DNA of 64,000 nt from Polyangiaceae bacterium (GTDB taxonomy: Bacteria > Myxococcota_A > Polyangia > Polyangiales > Polyangiaceae), in the NCBI GenBank assembly GCA_044376115.1, contig JBILLK010000022.1, positions 32,001 to 96,000 of the forward strand, given 5' to 3'. Below, piece by piece: positions 59,527-64,000 of the stretch. Both the position numbers and the translations under genes were made by a program. Position 1 is the stretch's first letter, and each line of letters opens with the position of its first letter. The notes under the pieces were generated by a model that saw nothing but the letters and a program-made list of their open reading frames with translations, was not told where the DNA came from and ran no database searches.

Positions 59527-60876
59527 TCAGGCCCCACCCCCAGGCGCGAGCTTCTCGACAAGCGCTTCGAGCGTGTCTGTGGGAAACGCTGCTGCCGCGG
59601 TCGGTAACACGGCGCGCAGTTGGTCGCGCTCGGACTTGTCGTCGTCGCTGAGCGGTCCGCTGAAGAGCTCGCGGGAGTTGAGCTCAGCCAGCCGCGCTCC
59701 CTTGCGCTTTCCGTCGTCCGATTGGCCAACGCCAACGCCAAATACGTTCGTCCCGTATGCGTCGAGCACATTGCCGAGGCGCAGACGCGACGTCTCCTGC
59801 TCGTCGAGGAAGCGTCCAACGCCGTCGGTCCCGGGCTCAGGCAAGAGGAAGATGCGTCCCTTCGCGCTGCATTGACACACGAGCGGGCTGTGAGTCGTAA
59901 CGATGAACTGCGTTCGTGGAAACGCGCGGACGAGGAAGGCACCGATCCGGCGCTGCCAAGTCGGGTGCAGGTGCGCGTCGACCTCGTCGACAAGCGCCAC
60001 GAAGGGAATCTCGATGCGTTCGGCCCCAGCCTTGAAGACCCGCTCCTCACCGAAGGCGAGGACGAGCTGTCGCACGAGATCGAGGACGAGGCTGAGGGCT
60101 GAACGAAAGCCGTCCGACAGCTCCTCAATGGGCACGCTGCTGCGTGCTGCATCAACGAAGAAGACACGCTTGCTGGTTGGTGAAACCTCCACGCGATCAA
60201 GCTTGACGCCGTGAGGCAGGAAGTCGGGCTGGTTGATGAAGCGCTTCACTGCATCGAACGTCGGCGCCTTACTGATCTCCCGAGCCACCCAGAGGTCGAC
60301 GAGCCATGTAAGCGCATCGGTAAGCGCGAACTGCTCGTCGAACAGCGACATGGTCCGCGCGAGCGACGGCTTCGGCGGGGTGGTGACCATCGTGCCTCCG
60401 GAGAAGCGCCGATACGGACCAAAGCCACAGCACACCCATCCGGCCGAGTCCGGAGCCCACACGGAGCGTTCGACCGAGCGCCCGCCGTCCTCATCAGGCT
60501 CTACCGTGATTTGAGGCTCGCTCGTGGAGCCGTTGAGGTGCAACTCGCTGCTGCGAGCCACCCGAACGACGGCGGCGAGTTCACGCGGCGGGGCGCCCGC
60601 GCGGCTGAAGTAATCGACGTCCTCGTGGCGAGAAAAGCGCACCCCCACGGTCCCCTCCTGCGCCTCGCGCCGCAGCCAGTCATCACCCGACTGGCGCAGG
60701 CCATAGATATTCTGAGGTCCGACCAGTGCAAGCGCGATACTGCGAAGGAACGTCGTCTTTCCAGCGCCGTTGTTACCCAACACGATGTGAAAGCCCGCGG
60801 CGTCTGCTGGATCGACGGTCCACACGAGCTTCTCGACGGAGCGCAGGTTTTCGATGTCTACGGAGAGAACGTGCAC
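59527..60876 (-). CDS. PtuA-like ABC/AAA ATPase (Septu-type)
   Basis: GNNGAGKTT, GFGPYRR, LSDGF, LVDEVDAHLHPTWQ, QFIVTTHSP; adjacent to the HNH gene. Confidence 0.85.
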   Translation of the reverse strand: MHVLSVDIENLRSVEKLVWTVDPADAAGFHIVLGNNGAGKTTFLRSIALALVGPQNIYGLRQSGDDWLRREAQEGTVGVRFSRHEDVDYFSRAGAPPRELAAVVRVARSSELHLNGSTSEPQITVEPDEDGGRSVERSVWAPDSAGWVCCGFGPYRRFSGGTMVTTPPKPSLARTMSLFDEQFALTDALTWLVDLWVAREISKAPTFDAVKRFINQPDFLPHGVKLDRVEVSPTSKRVFFVDAARSSVPIEELSDGFRSALSLVLDLVRQLVLAFGEERVFKAGAERIEIPFVALVDEVDAHLHPTWQRRIGAFLVRAFPRTQFIVTTHSPLVCQCSAKGRIFLLPEPGTDGVGRFLDEQETSRLRLGNVLDAYGTNVFGVGVGQSDDGKRKGARLAELNSRELFSGPLSDDDKSERDQLRAVLPTAAAAFPTDTLEALVEKLAPGGGA

Positions 60877-60957
60877 GCGCCCACAGTATCAGCGAAGGTC
60901 GAGACGCGCATTCGGGTCGCGGAGGGCTACGCCTGTAGCGGGTCGCGCTCCGTCCTC

Positions 60958-60986
60958 CGCGAGCCCGGACTCGCTCCGGGCTCGCG
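60958..60986 (-). terminator. Perfect 12-bp hairpin 12 bp downstream of the helical-protein gene
   Basis: CGCGAGCCCGGA-CTCGC-TCCGGGCTCGCG; no U-tract. Confidence 0.6.
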
Positions 60987-60998
60987 CTCATCGCCTTC

Positions 60999-61817
60999 TC
61001 AAACGACGGGAGTTAGCGGCGGCACCGGCGTCAGGGGCGCGGTCTCTTCCTCTTCTTCGGAGCCACTTTTGCGGCGGCTCGCGAGCCCCAGGAAGATGAG
61101 CTGATCGCGACGCGTGATCACCGCGCGCGCGACCTCTGACCACTCCTCGAACCACGCGCGCAAGCCGACGAGCGCGTCTTGCCGCTCCTTGCTGCTCGCC
61201 TCCGCTTGGGCGCGCTCGGCCGCGTTGGTCGGCGCGGCGCGCAGCGCGAGATCACAAAGGCCCGAGAGCCGCGTGCGCTCCGCCTCATCGACGCCGCGCG
61301 CCGCGAGCACGGCGAGCGCGGCACGATCACCGATGCGTGAAGCCTCCGGCCGGCCCTCCCCTGTCGCCAAGCGCGCCATGCGGTCGAGGAGCTGCCTCAT
61401 GCCGAGGACGGCCTCCGGTCCCCGCGCCGGCTCGAGCCCGTCGAAGAGGTAGGCCGCTTGCTCGGGGTGCCGCCGTGAGAGCGACGCGCGCCCAATCCGG
61501 TGCACCTTCTCATCGACCGCGTCGATCTCGTTCAAGGCTGCGCGTGCGACCTCGTCATCGCGGTTGCGCTTCGGCCCGACGGCCGTCCCAAAGCCACTCG
61601 CCAGATGGAGCAGCCGAACGCCCTCCTGCTGGTCGGCGTCGCTGAAGCCATGCTTCTCCAGCTGCTCACGGATGGCCCCGTTCGTCGACACCGCACGCAA
61701 GAAGGTGAAAGCCCGCTCGCCCGTCGCCGCCAGCGTCCGCTGGCTCACCTGCGAAGCTGTGGTCTGAACCAACTCAACACCATTCCCTGAACCTGGAAGT
61801 CCCTGCGTCATGACCAT
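60999..61817 (-). CDS. Uncharacterised all-helical protein
   Basis: Protein-like from MVMTQG; GF...QEG..LL, LF.GL, LRAWFEEWSEVARAVITRRDQLIFLGL. The longer 458-aa call reads through the repeat lattice. Confidence 0.8.
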   Translation of the reverse strand: MVMTQGLPGSGNGVELVQTTASQVSQRTLAATGERAFTFLRAVSTNGAIREQLEKHGFSDADQQEGVRLLHLASGFGTAVGPKRNRDDEVARAALNEIDAVDEKVHRIGRASLSRRHPEQAAYLFDGLEPARGPEAVLGMRQLLDRMARLATGEGRPEASRIGDRAALAVLAARGVDEAERTRLSGLCDLALRAAPTNAAERAQAEASSKERQDALVGLRAWFEEWSEVARAVITRRDQLIFLGLASRRKSGSEEEEETAPLTPVPPLTPVV

Positions 61818-61924
61818 TTCCAAACGCACCGCGTCGAGAGCCGCCCGATTGCGCCAGGTCGACTTGTGCCTCCAGTTATCGCGATGAGCGCGCGACCATG
61901 GACACCCCAACGACAGAAAAAGTG

Positions 61925-62221
61925 ACCTCGTCGTCGGTCGGCGGAGCTTCGCGGGCGGGCGGCACGGCTTCGCAAACGTGTTTGCAGGCTTCGCTATTGA
62001 CCGCCAAGGCTTCACGCGCGGCAGATGAGGCTTCGCTCGCGGAATTTGCCGCCTGTTTGCGCGGCCACGAAGCCTCCGCAGTTGACCAACATAGGTAGCC
62101 CGCGCGAGCGCGAAGCGTGAGCCGTGGAGATTCAAGGGTTTGCAGACGTTTGCGAAGCGGTCGCGACGGTTTGCGAAGCGGTTGCAACTGGGAGCGAAGC
62201 CTGCGCCGAAGTTTGCGGAGC
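61925..62221. repeat. Two convergent arrays of a GCTTC(GC) motif with exact 21-bp period
   Basis: Plus-strand GCTTC at 61946, 61967, 61988, 62009, 62030 (variants at 61925, 62051, 62072); GAAGC at 62112, 62154, 62175, 62196 (variants at 62133, 62217). Confidence 0.85.
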
Positions 62222-62577
62222 CTGCTGCGCCCAAAGATCGTCGGGGCAATGGGAAAGCCGCTCGGCCTTCTGCAGCGTCCCGACTGGAGCGGGCGTGTGC
62301 TGGCCTCCAACGCGATCGCCATTTCGGTCTTCCTTGGCGCGCTCGCCGCCTCGTCTCCCTCCTAGCGAGCGCCACCGATGAGATGTTGACACTGGCGAGC
62401 GTCGCGACCCAACCCGGGCGCTCGTCGCAGTGACCGTGGGCATTGGCCTAGGCGTCCACGTCCTCTGCTGAGCGGGCTCGAACAGGCAGGCCCCAAATCG
62501 CAGCCGAGCCAGAACATAGAACGTGATATCTCACGCGCCACGGGATGAACTGATCCCGCAACCCGACGGCTGACGGT

Positions 62578-63780
62578 GTGACCATGAACAAGAACCCCCG
62601 CAAGCGACGCTCCCTCGCCAAGCCGGGCAAGTCGGACAAGCCGCTCAAGCTCTCCATCCGCAACTTCGCCCACATTCGACAAGTGGACCTCGTGCTCGGC
62701 GATCTCACGGTGCTGGTCGGGCCCCAAGGGGCCGGCAAGAGTCTCGCGCTGCAATGGCTCAAGGCGAGCATGGATGGCCGCCAGATGGTCGAGGCGCTCC
62801 GCTCAGCTGGGCATGCCGTCGACAAGCCCGGTGCGTTGGTCGACCTGATCTTCGGGAACGGCATGGCGCCTGCGTGGGGCAAAGACTCCAAGGTGACGCT
62901 CGACAACAAAGAGATCACGCCCGCAAAGCTGAGCCGAACCGGCAACGGGAAGGAGCGCGTGTTCTTCATCCCGGCCCACCGCGCCATGCTCATCAGCGAC
63001 GGGTGGGCAGCCCCGTTTCAGAAGCTCGGTCCTGATACGCCCGCCGTAGCGCGGCTGTTCAGCCAGAACTTGTTCGATCGCTTCAGCGGCAAGGACGCGG
63101 AAACGCTGTTCCCCGTCGACAAACGACTGAAACGGGAGATCCGTGACCAGATCGACAGCGCCGTGTTCCACGGAGGCAAGGTGGGTGTGGAAGAGGACGC
63201 ACAGCACGCGCGCAGGCTACGGCTCATGCACGGAAACACCCACCTGCCGTTCATGACCTGGACCGCTGGGCAACGCGAGTTCACGCCGCTGCTTCTGGCC
63301 CTCTACCATCTGCTGCCGTCGACACAGAAGCGAAAGCGAAACGGCACCGATTGGGTGGTTTTGGAGGAGCCAGAAATGGGACTCCACCCTAAAGCCGTCA
63401 CCGCCGTCCTCCTGCTCGTGCTGGACTTGCTATGGCGTGGGTACCGAGTCGTGCTCTCGACGCACTCGCCCCATGTGCTCACCATGCTGTGGATGATGCA
63501 GAGGCTGAAGGAGCACCACGCCGGGTGGCAGCGCGTGTGTGAGGCGTTCGACATCAAGAACTCGACGCCGATGCGAGGCGTCGCAGAGGCCGCACTGCTC
63601 AAGGACTACCGCTCCTACGCGCTCGAGTTCGATCACCAGGGCAAGGTGACATCACGCGACATCTCCAAGCTAGACCCGGAATCGGAGGACCCGACCGAGG
63701 CTGGTTGGGGAGGCCTGACGGACTACTCTTCGCGCTTCGGTGATGCTGTCCGCACCGCTAGAATTGAGAACGACGAGTGA
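62578..63780 (+). CDS. ABC/AAA-type ATPase (AAA_15/AAA_21-like)
   Basis: LSIRNF, GPQGAGKS, FFIPAHR, WTAGQRE, VLEEPEMGLHP, LSTHSP. Confidence 0.88.
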   Translation: MTMNKNPRKRRSLAKPGKSDKPLKLSIRNFAHIRQVDLVLGDLTVLVGPQGAGKSLALQWLKASMDGRQMVEALRSAGHAVDKPGALVDLIFGNGMAPAWGKDSKVTLDNKEITPAKLSRTGNGKERVFFIPAHRAMLISDGWAAPFQKLGPDTPAVARLFSQNLFDRFSGKDAETLFPVDKRLKREIRDQIDSAVFHGGKVGVEEDAQHARRLRLMHGNTHLPFMTWTAGQREFTPLLLALYHLLPSTQKRKRNGTDWVVLEEPEMGLHPKAVTAVLLLVLDLLWRGYRVVLSTHSPHVLTMLWMMQRLKEHHAGWQRVCEAFDIKNSTPMRGVAEAALLKDYRSYALEFDHQGKVTSRDISKLDPESEDPTEAGWGGLTDYSSRFGDAVRTARIENDE

Positions 63781-64000
63781 GCAAAATCGCCACGCCGGTT
63801 CGCGCTGCGCTCAAACCAGAGTCCAAACTCCTCACGCAGGTGAAGGACGGGCTAGGAGCGCTCGACGGGTCACATAAGGCGTACTTCGATGGATCCATTC
63901 GCGCCTCCTTCGCCGATAGCCTGAACCTCGACGAAGCCGTTCGCCACGGCCATGACACGGAGAATCGCTGGGACTACCTGTTAGGTCATGCGCCCACTCG
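63777..64000 (+). CDS. Hypothetical protein coupled to the ATPase, runs off the right edge; possible nuclease
   Basis: Not in the ORF track. GTGA overlap; MSKIATPVRAAL...GLGAL...DSLNLDEA...NRWDYLLG, open to the edge. Confidence 0.7.
   Translation, partial: MSKIATPVRAALKPESKLLTQVKDGLGALDGSHKAYFDGSIRASFADSLNLDEAVRHGHDTENRWDYLLGHAPT

Noticed and set aside
59526..60200. N-terminal 225 aa of the 578-aa ORF
   Set aside because: Alternative frame overlapping the ATPase gene; the plausible start is the ATG at 59525.
61818..62375. N-terminal 186-aa extension of the helical protein
   Set aside because: Arg-rich, non-globular read-through of the lattice in GC-rich DNA; protein-like sequence starts at about 61817.
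61898..62443. Small heptad ORFs 61898..62098 (+) and 62132..62443 (-) as real genes
   Set aside because: Their AS-every-7-residues pattern uses almost the same nucleotides each time (GCT TC), which points to DNA-level constraint. Not fully excluded; kept as the refuting alternative for the lattice.
58464..62600. Retron of the PtuAB-associated type
   Set aside because: No reverse transcriptase ORF or msr/msd-like structure recognised in the window.
1..64000. tRNA, rRNA or riboswitch
   Set aside because: None recognised by eye; an Infernal/Rfam and tRNAscan run would be needed to exclude them.

Overview
High-GC bacterial DNA. The gene content (many Cys-rich and Gly/Pro-linker lipoproteins, PilT paralogues, sigma54-type promoters) suggests a myxobacterium, probably Polyangiales; this is inference only. 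About 1-29 kb is mostly core-like: fni, argH, two tandem PilT ATPases, rpiA, a rubrerythrin/Fe-S oxidoreductase/DUF3501 cluster, rpsU, a GT4 glycosyltransferase, an SmtB-type repressor with a His-rich partner, an ABC-F ATPase and a long repeat protein. A 53-bp non-coding tandem array follows at 29.0-29.4 kb. About 30-40 kb is a stress/ion-homeostasis block (P-type ATPase, eRF1-like protein, VIT1, hemerythrin, LemA/TPM) with several sigma54-like promoters. About 40-58 kb is a patchy accessory region: a ferritin-like pair, LRR and SMI1/KNR4 proteins, an endonuclease V remnant with two AlkB-like oxygenases, lipoproteins and gene fragments. About 58-64 kb looks like a defence island: a Septu-like ATPase with an HNH-Kelch chimera, an uncharacterised helical protein, and a second ABC-type ATPase coupled to a putative nuclease. 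The most unusual signal is non-coding: two convergent arrays of a GCTTC(GC) motif on an exact 21-bp lattice, symmetric about position ~62094, directly upstream of the helical-protein gene. Several single-base frameshifts suggest read or assembly errors, so broken and fused genes need checking against reads. I recognised no rRNA, tRNA, CRISPR array or reverse transcriptase. All family calls come from motif recognition by eye; no searches were run.
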